In this document: piece after piece, positions 34,965 through 44,538 of the stretch
Numbering within the stretch: the first letter of the stretch is position 1
Layout of the letters: every line of letters starts with the position of its first letter
Assembly (NCBI GenBank): GCA_033762115.1
Contig: JANRLX010000054.1
Span: 1 to 49,430 of the forward strand
Source: Verrucomicrobiota bacterium
Lineage (GTDB): Bacteria; Verrucomicrobiota; Verrucomicrobiia; Limisphaerales; SXQI01
Direction: 5' to 3'
DNA: 49,430 nt
The notes under the pieces: model-generated
Databases searched by the model: none
Told to the model about the DNA's origin: nothing
Seen by the model: only the letters and a program-made list of their open reading frames with translations
Position numbers and translations under genes: made by a program

Positions 34965-36158
34965 TTATGCGGTAGTCAGAGTCAGTGGTTCATTCCGCTT
35001 TTCAGCATAGGGTGCGCGACCAAGCACATCAGCGATATGTCCTTCCAGTTTGGCCACAATCATGTGCCATTGATTCTCGGTCGCCATTTTGATTCCCCGC
35101 TCAATCAGCGTGCGGTCGGGAGCATGAACAGCGTCTTTGCAGAATTGGATGAATTGCTCATGTGAATCGGCGATTTTCACCACCTGGCTGAAATTCGAAA
35201 CCACATCCGGGACAGCGGATGAAACGATCATTCTCCCGGTCGCCATGTACTCGAGCGCTTTGGTGGGATTGATGAATTCAGTTGCCTCATTCAGCGCGAA
35301 TGGCATCAGGCAAACATCGAACCCTTTTGTATAGTTCGGCAGTTGCGCATACTCGCGGCGGCCCAGCCAGTGAATCCGCGGGTGTTGGGGAAGTGCGTTG
35401 GGATCAACCTTCACCGCTGGTCCCACCATCAGGATGTTCCAGTCCGCCGCCAGCGCGAGCTTCTCGATCAATTCATAATCCAGTCGCTCGTCCACCACGC
35501 CGAAATAACCGAGCGTCGGACGCGCAATGTTCCGAATGTCCGCAGGCACCTCCGTCTCGGTCAAACGCGCCTTGCTGAAATGCGGCACATCCACCCCGCA
35601 ACCATAAAAATAGGCATTCGAATTATAACGCTTCTTGGATTGCCACAGCTTGTTTCCCCCTGCAAAGACCACATCCGCATGCTCCAGGAGAAACCGTTCG
35701 CGCTTGATGATTTCGGGCGGGGCAAACTTGAATTGCGAAAGCTCGTCCATGCAATCGTAGACCACCGCGATTTCATCGATCTTATCGATGAAACAAGGCG
35801 CTGCCATCGGGTCATAAAACCATTGCACCGGCTGGACGAATTTCCCTTTCAGAGGGCCCGACAACGCTTCACGCAACAACCGCAGCCGTTCCGCGTCCAC
35901 CCACGCCCCGTCGTGGAACCGCCCCGTTGGGAAAAAACTTTGCATCACCGTCACATTCGGATAATCGCTCACCTGGTTCAGCGTGAAATTGGGCGCTTCA
36001 TCCCCATCTCGCAGAATCGGCCCCTCCACAAAAAGAACGGGGTGATTGGCTGAGAGGCGTGAAAGAAATTGCTGTGGACGTTGCCAGACCCCTTCCCATC
36101 GTAAGTGGCAATGGACGATAATTGGAAATGATTGATTGAGCCCGTTACTGTTACTCAT
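34965..36158 (-). CDS. GT-B glycosyltransferase associated with glf
   Basis: HLRWEGVWQRPQ, YDCMDEL and INPTKALEY motifs. ATG at 36158. Confidence 0.9.
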   Translation of the reverse strand: MSNSNGLNQSFPIIVHCHLRWEGVWQRPQQFLSRLSANHPVLFVEGPILRDGDEAPNFTLNQVSDYPNVTVMQSFFPTGRFHDGAWVDAERLRLLREALSGPLKGKFVQPVQWFYDPMAAPCFIDKIDEIAVVYDCMDELSQFKFAPPEIIKRERFLLEHADVVFAGGNKLWQSKKRYNSNAYFYGCGVDVPHFSKARLTETEVPADIRNIARPTLGYFGVVDERLDYELIEKLALAADWNILMVGPAVKVDPNALPQHPRIHWLGRREYAQLPNYTKGFDVCLMPFALNEATEFINPTKALEYMATGRMIVSSAVPDVVSNFSQVVKIADSHEQFIQFCKDAVHAPDRTLIERGIKMATENQWHMIVAKLEGHIADVLGRAPYAEKRNEPLTLTTA

Positions 36159-36497
36159 GGTTTTCAAGAAGTTAAAAAAGTTTGAAATAATTTCGCGCCC
36201 CGGATGCATTCCAGTGGCATTGATTTGAATTGATCTTCAGCAGGGAGATCGCGCGTGAATGGCACGCGCACCCAGCTGGAACTTTCATCCACATGTGCTG
36301 AATAGCTTAACTCCTGAGTGCATCCTCACCATTGGGGCGCATCCTATAAATAGTTTCGGGGAAAGTACCTTTGAATCTCCTGAACTGGAGAATGTTGCCA
36401 CACCGGCACCCGGTTTTTACTGGAGGAGGGGCAGTTACATTTCTGCGACAGGCTGTTTGGGTAGTGACTCTGCTTTGAATTTGATGAACATATTCCC

Positions 36498-37499
36498 ATG
36501 CGATCACTATTATTATTGCTGCTGCTGGTTCTTGCCCGCCCCGGCGTCCAGGCCTGGGATTATGATAATCATCGCCTCGTCACCGATCTCGCGCTTCAGG
36601 CGCTTCCCACCAATTTCCCGGCTTTTGTGCTCACTCCCGAAGCGCGTGAACGGATTCGATTTCTCAGTGGCGAGGCTGATCGCTGGAGGAACACCCCTGA
36701 GCTCTCATTGAAGCATGTGAACCATCCCGATCATTACTTCGATATGGAATTTATCAGCGATCTCGGAATGATGTGGGACACCATTCCCTCCGTTCGCTAC
36801 GAATTCACCTGGCTTCTGAAAAAGGAACTGGAACGGAACCCTGACAGCCCGTTGCGCCAGATCGGTTCAGAAGCGGAATTGACCAGGGGATTGATCGGGT
36901 TCCTCCCCTGGACCATTGCCGAGTATTTCGCCAAATTGAAATCCTCCTTTTCCTATCTCAAAACCTACGAACAGCATGGAACAGCTGCCGAAATTGCCAA
37001 TGCGCAACAAAACATCCTCTACACAATGGGAGTGATGGCTCATTTTCCCGGCGATGGAGCGCAGCCACTTCACACCACCAAACATTTCAATGGTTGGGCT
37101 GGGCCAAACCCGAACGCCTACACCACCAACCGCACCTTCCACGCCTATATCGATGGCGGTTACCTGGCCAGGGCAAAACTGGACCCTGCCGAACTGGCCC
37201 GGACCCTGCGCGTTTCCCGGCCGCTCCGTTCCTCAATGGAGCAACCCATTTTCGAACTCATCGTTGCCTTTTTGAATGAGCAGTTTGTTCGCGTGGAACC
37301 GCTTTATAAACTGGAAAAACGCGGTTTGCTGAAGACAGGCGCCGAACCTGAAGCGCGGCAGTTCATGGCCGAACAGCTTCGCCGCGGCGCGCAATTTCTC
37401 TCTGATCTTTGGGTCACCGCCTGGCATGAAGCCGCCCCGGACACCCACCTCCAATCACAACTTGCCATCCGCAAACTGGAGCAGGCCCAGCCGAAATAA
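36498..37499 (+). CDS. Secreted S1/P1 nuclease / Zn-phospholipase C-like protein
   Basis: Signal peptide, then W-x4-H, HYFD, HFPGDGAQPLH and FHAYID metal-ligand pattern. Confidence 0.8.
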   Translation: MRSLLLLLLLVLARPGVQAWDYDNHRLVTDLALQALPTNFPAFVLTPEARERIRFLSGEADRWRNTPELSLKHVNHPDHYFDMEFISDLGMMWDTIPSVRYEFTWLLKKELERNPDSPLRQIGSEAELTRGLIGFLPWTIAEYFAKLKSSFSYLKTYEQHGTAAEIANAQQNILYTMGVMAHFPGDGAQPLHTTKHFNGWAGPNPNAYTTNRTFHAYIDGGYLARAKLDPAELARTLRVSRPLRSSMEQPIFELIVAFLNEQFVRVEPLYKLEKRGLLKTGAEPEARQFMAEQLRRGAQFLSDLWVTAWHEAAPDTHLQSQLAIRKLEQAQPK

Positions 37500-37504
37500 A
37501 CCGG

Positions 37505-38689
37505 TCACTTTTCATTCCAATAAATCCGGACATTTTTTGTCGACCGACCGGCAGCGACGATGTCCAGGCGGCCATCTTCGTTAAGATCAGCAAGCATCAG
37601 GTCTTCGCAGGCCATTTCCTTGTCATCAATGACCGCTGATTTCCAGTTGCCTGCTTTTTCATCACTATAAAAATATTTCACCCCGATGCTCTCCCCCGGG
37701 CGTCGTCCCCGCCAGCCGACCACCACCTGATCATAACCTTTCCCGGCAAGATCGCCGCACGCCACTGCATGCCCATCGACCAGCGAGGAATCAAGCACTG
37801 TCCGTTTCCAAAGACGGTTCGGTTCTGACGGCGGGGTGTAAATGACGAACTGGTTTCCATGCATCGGTTCAATAGTCGCAATAAACCCCGGTTTCCCGCC
37901 CATCCGCCCTTGCCGAACCTCCCCTGCGCCAATGAAATCCTTCTCCCCCGGATTGTTCCCGCACACCTGTTGCTTGAGCCACCCATCCCGTTGCAGGTCG
38001 AAGAAAAAGACCCCTTCCCTGCCGCCGATCAGCAACTCCGTGGAAGGACGATCATCCCATTGCACCGGGTCAAAATTGTGGGTCATGTGCATGCTCGTCT
38101 CAATCGTCGTCACATTCCATTTGGCTTTGGGATCGGCTGGTTTTTCGTAAACCAGCAATCTCACTCCATTTCCTTCCCCTCCCTTGTTTTCACGTCCATG
38201 CAGCGGAAGCATGGCAAGCGCTGGCTTCCCGCTATCCAATTGAATCCAGCGCATCCGGTGCACCGTCGGTTCATGCTCCAGGGCGATCGGTTCCCACGGC
38301 TGAGTCCGGTCAGCGCGGGGGTGAAGATAAAAAACAGCCCCGCTGTTGGTTGTGTCCGAAGGGTTCCAACCCGCTCCTGCCGCCACTTCCGCCTTTCCAT
38401 CTCCATCAATGTCCGCTGCCGCGATGCAGACATGATCCAGCTTCGTCAAATTCGAGGCGATCACATGCTTTTGCCATGTTGGATTTTGATACCAGACGAT
38501 TAAATTTTTGTCCGCCAGCAGGATGTCCTTTTTCCTGTCACCATCCACATCAGCGATCGCAAGGCCATAGCCGATCATAATATTGGTATCCACGTTTTGA
38601 GGTCGCCAAACGGGCAAGGGAAACTCGGCCGCATTGATTCGGGCCAAAAAAAGGGAAATGACAACCCATCCTCCAATGTTGATGCGCAT
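37505..38689 (-). CDS. Secreted FG-GAP/VCBS-repeat beta-propeller
   Basis: Repeated ADVDGD / ADIDGDG / ADLNEDG motifs; signal peptide. Confidence 0.85.
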   Translation of the reverse strand: MRINIGGWVVISLFLARINAAEFPLPVWRPQNVDTNIMIGYGLAIADVDGDRKKDILLADKNLIVWYQNPTWQKHVIASNLTKLDHVCIAAADIDGDGKAEVAAGAGWNPSDTTNSGAVFYLHPRADRTQPWEPIALEHEPTVHRMRWIQLDSGKPALAMLPLHGRENKGGEGNGVRLLVYEKPADPKAKWNVTTIETSMHMTHNFDPVQWDDRPSTELLIGGREGVFFFDLQRDGWLKQQVCGNNPGEKDFIGAGEVRQGRMGGKPGFIATIEPMHGNQFVIYTPPSEPNRLWKRTVLDSSLVDGHAVACGDLAGKGYDQVVVGWRGRRPGESIGVKYFYSDEKAGNWKSAVIDDKEMACEDLMLADLNEDGRLDIVAAGRSTKNVRIYWNEK

Positions 38690-38812
38690 GATCGAATTAT
38701 CCCGAATCGAACGAATTTATCAAGATGGGCAGACTTGCTGGAATTTTCCTAAAACCGCGACCTTTTTCGGCTTCTTTCTTTACAGTTCCAAAGTCGCGAA
38801 TAGAGTGCGGAT

Positions 38813-39493
38813 ATGGCTTCGAAGTTCGATGAATCTGATTTTGTGGATAGCGATTATCAACCTTCCCACAAGACCTCCTACGTGGCTGCAACCACCATCA
38901 GCTCCGCCGCCAGCCATAATCGTCCCCCTTCCCGCGAGGAAATTGAAATGAAGGTGAACGAAACCCAGTCCAAGCTCGCGGAACTGAAGCGTGCCCAGGA
39001 GGAGCTTGAAAGGGAACGTGCCGCCCTCGAAGAGGCACGCCGCCGCCGGGCCGAGTTCCAGGCCGGTCGCCAGGAAATGCTCGATCATTTGACCCGTGGG
39101 GTTGGACTCCTTCACGAGGCCGAGTTCGCCGCACGTCGCGAGGCCGAACAAATGTCCCGCACCCTGGCTGATCTTCGGAGCGCATTGGAAAAAGTCGATT
39201 CTCTCCGCGAGGAACTCTGGACCGAGGAAAACTGGAACTCTGAACTGACCCGCAGCCTTACCGTGCTTGAAAATTCCCGCATGGAATGGAACTCCGCCCG
39301 CCTCAAATGGCCGCTTCTCGACCAGGCATTGCACGCAACCCTGCAAAAGGAAAAGGAAGCGGAAGGGCTCGGGTTCCTCAAACCAAAATCTTTTTTTGAT
39401 CTCTGCAAACTGGGCCTGGCAATGACCTGGCCAATTGCATTGGTCTGTCTGCTTGGCGCCATCGCACTCCTCGTCGCGCTGCTCCTTAAATAA
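38813..39493 (+). CDS. Hypothetical coiled-coil protein with C-terminal membrane anchor
   Basis: Long E/R/L-rich heptads and a terminal hydrophobic helix. Confidence 0.75.
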   Translation: MASKFDESDFVDSDYQPSHKTSYVAATTISSAASHNRPPSREEIEMKVNETQSKLAELKRAQEELERERAALEEARRRRAEFQAGRQEMLDHLTRGVGLLHEAEFAARREAEQMSRTLADLRSALEKVDSLREELWTEENWNSELTRSLTVLENSRMEWNSARLKWPLLDQALHATLQKEKEAEGLGFLKPKSFFDLCKLGLAMTWPIALVCLLGAIALLVALLLK

Positions 39494-39504
39494 TCCTGCC
39501 GCGC

Positions 39505-39984
39505 ATGGGCCTGTTAAAGAAAAAGCAGGATCCGATCTCCGAACGTTCCAAAGCGCTCAACCAAAAAATTTCGGAACTCGAAGCGGAGATCAAGCAGCTC
39601 TCGAAAAAGGTGGAGCCCCGCCCGCTGGAACGCCAGCCTGCTCCGCCTCCCCCGGTAAAAAAGCCGGCCGACCCGATATTTGAAAGGATTGAACCAAAAC
39701 AGCCCAGGGAATCTGCCGATCCCGGGACCACCCCGCACCTTTATAATGACCTTGGCGTGCGCAAATATGACCTGGTCGGGGCATGGCATTCGTTGCTGAA
39801 CCATTTCCGCTCGCCGCCCGCGCAGAATCCCCGGCTCGTCAGCTACCTTGCCGCTGGCAGTATCAAGGGATTGCGCCCCCTCCGTTATGAAAAACGAGTC
39901 GCCCGCAACCGATTTCTCTTTCTTTTCCTCTTTTTTGTTCTCGTGCTTTGGGGTATGATCGCAGTGATGTTCAACAGCCGCTGA
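39505..39984 (+). CDS. Hypothetical protein: N-terminal coiled coil and C-terminal TM
   Basis: Coiled coil, Pro-rich linker, then 'LRYEKRVARNRF' and a TM. Confidence 0.75.
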   Translation: MGLLKKKQDPISERSKALNQKISELEAEIKQLSKKVEPRPLERQPAPPPPVKKPADPIFERIEPKQPRESADPGTTPHLYNDLGVRKYDLVGAWHSLLNHFRSPPAQNPRLVSYLAAGSIKGLRPLRYEKRVARNRFLFLFLFFVLVLWGMIAVMFNSR

Positions 39985-39988
39985 GATT

Positions 39989-40459
39989 ATGACAAGCATC
40001 CGCCTCTTACACACCAGCGAAGGCACTTTTATTGCCCGTTTCACGCGGCAGGGCCTTCAATCTCTCGATTTTCCATCGCAGAACGTCCCTGATGAAACAG
40101 GCACAGTTCCGGAAGCATGGGTCCGCAAAACCCACGCAGCCATTCAATCCATTCTTGAAGGAGCGCAGCCAGTTGAAATGCCGCCCCTGGATCTGCACGG
40201 CACTGAATTTCAGAAGGCCGTTTGGGCCGCCATGTCCCGGATTCCCCTGGGCAACACCCGTTCCTATCAGGAGCTTGCTCGTGAGTTGGGACGGCCCACG
40301 GCCTCACGAGCCATCGGCCAGGCTTGCGGTGCAAACCCTGTTCCACTGCTCATTCCATGTCATCGCGTGCTGGGAGCCGGAAAGAAACTCTGCGGATTTT
40401 CCGGGGGATTGAATTGGAAACGCCTGCTCCTGTCGCGGGAATTGGTCCAGTTCAGTTAA
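39989..40459 (+). CDS. ogt: Methylated-DNA-protein-cysteine methyltransferase
   Basis: GTEFQKAVW, RAIGQACGANP and the PCHRV active site. Confidence 0.93.
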   Translation: MTSIRLLHTSEGTFIARFTRQGLQSLDFPSQNVPDETGTVPEAWVRKTHAAIQSILEGAQPVEMPPLDLHGTEFQKAVWAAMSRIPLGNTRSYQELARELGRPTASRAIGQACGANPVPLLIPCHRVLGAGKKLCGFSGGLNWKRLLLSRELVQFS

Positions 40460-41148
40460 TCCTGTTTCTTTTCCGGCAGTTCAAATCGATATCCGATATC
40501 TCGGATTGTATGGATGAACTTCGGGTTCCTCGCATCTTTCTCGATTTTGCCACGTAACGTGGTAATGCAACGATCCACACTCCGCGCTGTCACAAGGACC
40601 TCATTTCCCCATACCGCATTTAAGATATGGTCCCGCGTCAGGGCCCTTCCGGCGGTTTGCAGAAAAAATTCCAGCAGCTTGAATTCCTTCCCCGTCAGTT
40701 CCACTTCCCGGTCATTCTCGAAAAATTGATGCCTCACCAGGTCGAGACGGAACGGGCCGAACTCGTAGCTTTCCTTTTCCCCATTGCTTCGGCGGCGTAA
40801 GAACGCTTTGGCCCGCGCCACCAGTTCACGGATGCTGAACGGTTTGGTCACATAATCATCAGCTCCCAGGTCCAGGCCGCGCACCACATCCTCCTCCTGC
40901 CCCTTGGCCGTCAGCATGATGATCGGAAAATCCAGCTTGCCATTGCGCAACGCCCGGCAGACTTCAAATCCATTCAGTTTCGGCAGCATGATATCCAGCA
41001 GCAGCAGGTCCGGTGGCTCCTCCAGCGCCGCATTCAATCCTTCCTCGCCGTTCCGGGCAGTGCGCACCCGGTAACCCAAATTCAGAAAATTGTCCTTCAA
41101 TCCCCGCAGGATCGCAGGGTCATCCTCGATAATCAGGATGCTACGCAT
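40456..41148 (-). CDS. OmpR/PhoB-family response regulator
   Basis: REC domain (IEDD, LDIMLP, GADDYVTKPF) plus winged helix. Confidence 0.95.
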   Translation of the reverse strand: MRSILIIEDDPAILRGLKDNFLNLGYRVRTARNGEEGLNAALEEPPDLLLLDIMLPKLNGFEVCRALRNGKLDFPIIMLTAKGQEEDVVRGLDLGADDYVTKPFSIRELVARAKAFLRRRSNGEKESYEFGPFRLDLVRHQFFENDREVELTGKEFKLLEFFLQTAGRALTRDHILNAVWGNEVLVTARSVDRCITTLRGKIEKDARNPKFIHTIRDIGYRFELPEKKQD

Positions 41149-43033
41149 ACACACCTCCCTGGCTCGCTGGAATTTTCAATGTGAACTCGCTTCCTGCTCC
41201 CGCTTTGCTTTGCAGCCCCACCTCTCCTCCATGTGCCTGGGCCACATGCTGCACAATGCTCAGGCCAAGCCCGCATCCATCAGTGCTTTTCGACAACGTT
41301 TGGTCCACCTGGTAGAAACGCTCGAAAATACGGGCATGATGCCGCTCCTCGATTCCGATTCCATTATCCCGCACCGTGAAAATCACATCTCCATTTTCCG
41401 CGAAGGTGCTCAGGCGGATTTCCTTCTGCTCGCCTGAATATTTCAAGGCATTCTCCAGCAGATTAATCAGGGCAGTTGATAAGGCATGCCGGTCTCCTTT
41501 GATCCTGGGCAGGGCTGCGGTGGATTTGAAAGTAAATCGCACCCCGGTGGCGTTCAGTCGATCACCGCAGGCCCGGATCGCCTCCTCGGCGACTTCGGCA
41601 GGATCAAGTAACTCGAAATTCAGCGGCAGTTTGTTCCTGCTGATCCGGGAGAAGGTCAGGAAATTCTCGATCAGGCGGGTCAATCGTTGATTCTCCCGGC
41701 TCATCAACTCCAGGTACTCCTTCACCACCATCGGCGAAGGTTTTTCAGTCTCCAGCAATGTGTCGATCAGCAATCGCATTGAGGACAGCGGCGTTTTCAA
41801 TTCATGCGAAACATTGGCTACCAGGTCATTCTTGATTTGGGCCAGGCGGGTTTCCCGTTGCAAAAATCTTAACGATAAATAGGCCAGCGCGACCACCGCC
41901 AGAATCACAAATCCGCCTCCCCACCAATAAAGAAGTCGTTGCCGTTTCGCGGCGCTCGTCAGTAGTTCCTGGTTTGAAAGTGAAGCCACTACTAAATAAC
42001 CCGGCAGACGCCCCGATGCCTGGCTGGCAAAGAACGCCTCCTGCCCCAGCCCCGGTCCGACGCTCAACTCCAGCTTCAATTCAGGAAAAGCAACGCTCTC
42101 CTGAAACTGCTGAAACATTTTGAGCAGCCTGGCTTCTGGAATGAGCAGGGAAGATTCCCCAATCGGAATGTCGCTTAACCCCGGCAAATTTCCCCTCGCT
42201 TCAAGCGATGCCACAGCTAACTTTTCTGCTTCAAGGGTGGGAAACCTGGCGTCCGGCAGAAACGAAAGTAATTCCTGCATCAAAAAAATCCTTTGTGAAG
42301 AAGGGATCTGCAGATCGTAATTATTTAACAATTGTTCCAGCCGGGCGGCAATTGTTCCAAACCGGGGGGAATCAGTCGCAGTCAATTGCAGGCAACGCAA
42401 TAATGCGTTGGGCGCAATCAGGCGTCCCCTGGCATCTGTGGCGTTGCTGTATTCCGGTTCTCCAAGCTGTTCAAAAATCTGAGCCGCCTCAGCCGCATGA
42501 CCCTTTCGCGCTGCAATTCGGCCGCGCCCCAGCAACCCGCGCGCTTTGACCTGCGGATCGCCACTGGATTCAATGATTGTTTTGTACTGCTGGTCCGCCT
42601 CATGAAGCTGCCCTTCAAATTCAACCGATTCCGCTGCTGCCAGTTCAGCCGGATCAGGCAGGGGAGGGGAGGAAAACTGCGTGACGGGATAAAGGAAGCG
42701 GCCTTCTTTTTTCAGCAATAGGGCGCTCTCCATTTCAACCGCGATTTTCTGGAATGCCACCGAAGGAGCATGCTGCGTGATCGTTCGCTCTGCCCTGGCG
42801 ATAAATTGATCAAGCGCTTCCTCGAAGCTTTTCTGCGCCCGAATCCCTTCAGCGCGATACGCAGTGACCAGCTTTTCCTTGATCGCATGCTGCTCATTTT
42901 GCATCGCCCGGTTCATTGTCCATACCAGGCTGAGGCTCGGCAGCAGCACCGCCGCGATAAACAACGCAAAGACAGGCCACGAACTCCGTTCGCGGCCTGT
43001 CACAAGGAATTGATCGTGCTGTTTGTTTCCCAT
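41141..43033 (-). CDS. Two-TM sensor histidine kinase (HisKA) with TPR-like periplasmic domain
   Basis: NVSHELKTPL, NLLENALKY, DNGIGI and GCGLGL motifs; two TM helices. Confidence 0.95.
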   Translation of the reverse strand: MGNKQHDQFLVTGRERSSWPVFALFIAAVLLPSLSLVWTMNRAMQNEQHAIKEKLVTAYRAEGIRAQKSFEEALDQFIARAERTITQHAPSVAFQKIAVEMESALLLKKEGRFLYPVTQFSSPPLPDPAELAAAESVEFEGQLHEADQQYKTIIESSGDPQVKARGLLGRGRIAARKGHAAEAAQIFEQLGEPEYSNATDARGRLIAPNALLRCLQLTATDSPRFGTIAARLEQLLNNYDLQIPSSQRIFLMQELLSFLPDARFPTLEAEKLAVASLEARGNLPGLSDIPIGESSLLIPEARLLKMFQQFQESVAFPELKLELSVGPGLGQEAFFASQASGRLPGYLVVASLSNQELLTSAAKRQRLLYWWGGGFVILAVVALAYLSLRFLQRETRLAQIKNDLVANVSHELKTPLSSMRLLIDTLLETEKPSPMVVKEYLELMSRENQRLTRLIENFLTFSRISRNKLPLNFELLDPAEVAEEAIRACGDRLNATGVRFTFKSTAALPRIKGDRHALSTALINLLENALKYSGEQKEIRLSTFAENGDVIFTVRDNGIGIEERHHARIFERFYQVDQTLSKSTDGCGLGLSIVQHVAQAHGGEVGLQSKAGAGSEFTLKIPASQGGVYA

Positions 43034-43035
43034 CC

Positions 43036-44475
43036 TTAAGGCAGCTGGATGCTCTCGATCAGCTTGTCGATCTCAGGGCGATACGCCTCGAATTTGTCAG
43101 CCGGGACAATCGTAAGCATGCTGAGCTTCTGCGTCGGCGTCAGCATGTACGTCGTATAAATCAGCTGCTCCTTTTCTCCCATTAAACCCTCTGCCAGCGA
43201 GGTCACTGCCGGATGACCGGAGATCGTTCGCTCCTGCCAGCTGTCTGCGCGCACCGCAAAATTCTTGAAATGCTCTGAAGCTTCATTCTTCAGGCTCTGC
43301 TCCGCCCAGGCCCGAACCCCTTTTTCCTGCGTTCCATCAAGCGGCTGGAGTCGGATCGAATTCAACCCGGTTCCATCCTCGTCAACAAATGCATAAACCG
43401 CCCTGTTCCCTTCTTTTTGGTCCTGTTTATCCACCCACCAGCCAGCAGGCAGCGTAACCTTCAATCCACTCGCAGCATCCGCCCAGGCTGTCGGTTGCTC
43501 CGCTCGTTTACCAATTTCGAGCAATTCCGCCGTGACCCCGCCAGCGAGGAATCGAACCAGGTGCCGTTGCGGTGCCGTGGAGTACCAGAAGGTCTGGTTT
43601 ACGTTCAACTCCACCTTGAAGCATTCGAATTCCCCCGCAGGCACGCTGATTTTTTCTTTCCGGGTCACCTCAAGTTCGATCGGGACATTTGCACCCCGGC
43701 TCAGGCTGGAAATCACCGAAAGAGTGGCTTTGTACCCCGGTGCCAGGGGTAACCGCCGAATCAGATGCACCACCTGCTCGTTGTCCCAGACCTGTTTGTC
43801 CAATTTCGTGATGCTCGGCTCGGACTGGTTCAACTGCACTTCCACTTCACCTTCCCTGTAAAGTGCTTTCGCTTCACCAAATAGATAATGCATCCAGCGG
43901 CTTTTCACCGGCTTGAATGTCACCAGCTCCGTCCACACCTCGCTCGAACTGTTTCGCCCCACAAATGACCGGCACCCCACTGTCAGGTAGGGGATCCCCT
44001 CCACCTCCACTTTCCGGGCAAAATAACGGGCAGCTCCGACCTTCACTCCGCTATCGAGCTTGAAGCTGAAGTGAAGAAATTCATTCTCTTCCCACGGGAT
44101 CGGCCCCACCTGCAAGGCCGCGGGCAACTGTTTTCGCGCAAGTTCCACCAGATCCTTCTGGCCAGGGTACTCCTTGATCAACCGCTCAAAGGCAATCGTG
44201 GCAGCGGTTTGGTTCTTTTTCTTTTGGTGGCATTGGCCAAGCCGGTACAACGCCTGGGCTGCCGCTGCTTCGGCGTTTTTCCCATCCGCGATGACGGCTT
44301 CATAAAGCTGGATCGCCGCATCCAGGTCCCCCTTCGTTTCCTCTGTGTAAATTCCCTTCTCCAGCATCTCTCCCGGCGTTGCGGCAAACGCCTCCGACGA
44401 AAGGAGGAACGATGCGGAAAGGGTTGTGATGACCGCGAAGGTCTTGATCTGATGGTGCATGAGTTTTCGTTTCAT
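43036..44475 (-). CDS. Secreted protein: N-terminal TPR pair, DUF3108-like beta domain and C-terminal alpha/beta domain
   Basis: Signal peptide; LEKGIYTEETKGDLDAAI TPR; 'RRLPL...VPAGEFECFKV' is DUF3108-like. Start at 44475 or 44460. Confidence 0.8.
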   Translation of the reverse strand: MKRKLMHHQIKTFAVITTLSASFLLSSEAFAATPGEMLEKGIYTEETKGDLDAAIQLYEAVIADGKNAEAAAAQALYRLGQCHQKKKNQTAATIAFERLIKEYPGQKDLVELARKQLPAALQVGPIPWEENEFLHFSFKLDSGVKVGAARYFARKVEVEGIPYLTVGCRSFVGRNSSSEVWTELVTFKPVKSRWMHYLFGEAKALYREGEVEVQLNQSEPSITKLDKQVWDNEQVVHLIRRLPLAPGYKATLSVISSLSRGANVPIELEVTRKEKISVPAGEFECFKVELNVNQTFWYSTAPQRHLVRFLAGGVTAELLEIGKRAEQPTAWADAASGLKVTLPAGWWVDKQDQKEGNRAVYAFVDEDGTGLNSIRLQPLDGTQEKGVRAWAEQSLKNEASEHFKNFAVRADSWQERTISGHPAVTSLAEGLMGEKEQLIYTTYMLTPTQKLSMLTIVPADKFEAYRPEIDKLIESIQLP

Positions 44476-44498
44476 TGAGAAACAAGCTCCCAAACGTA

Positions 44499-44518
44499 TG
44501 TTACCGCATTGTGACCGC
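44499..44518 (-). promoter_or_regulatory. OmpR-type direct repeat upstream of the TPR-HK-RR operon
   Basis: Minus strand GCGGTCACA-AT-GCGGTAACA, with an 11-bp period. Confidence 0.65.
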
Positions 44519-44538
44519 GCAGTCCTTCTTTGATCCAA

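Noticed and set aside
36200..36480. Possible sigma-54 promoter, small ORFs, and a degenerate AGGTA-CTTT-CCCCG box upstream of the GT-glf operon
   Set aside because: GG-N10-GC spacing is not met, the ORFs look non-coding, and only one half of the box matches.
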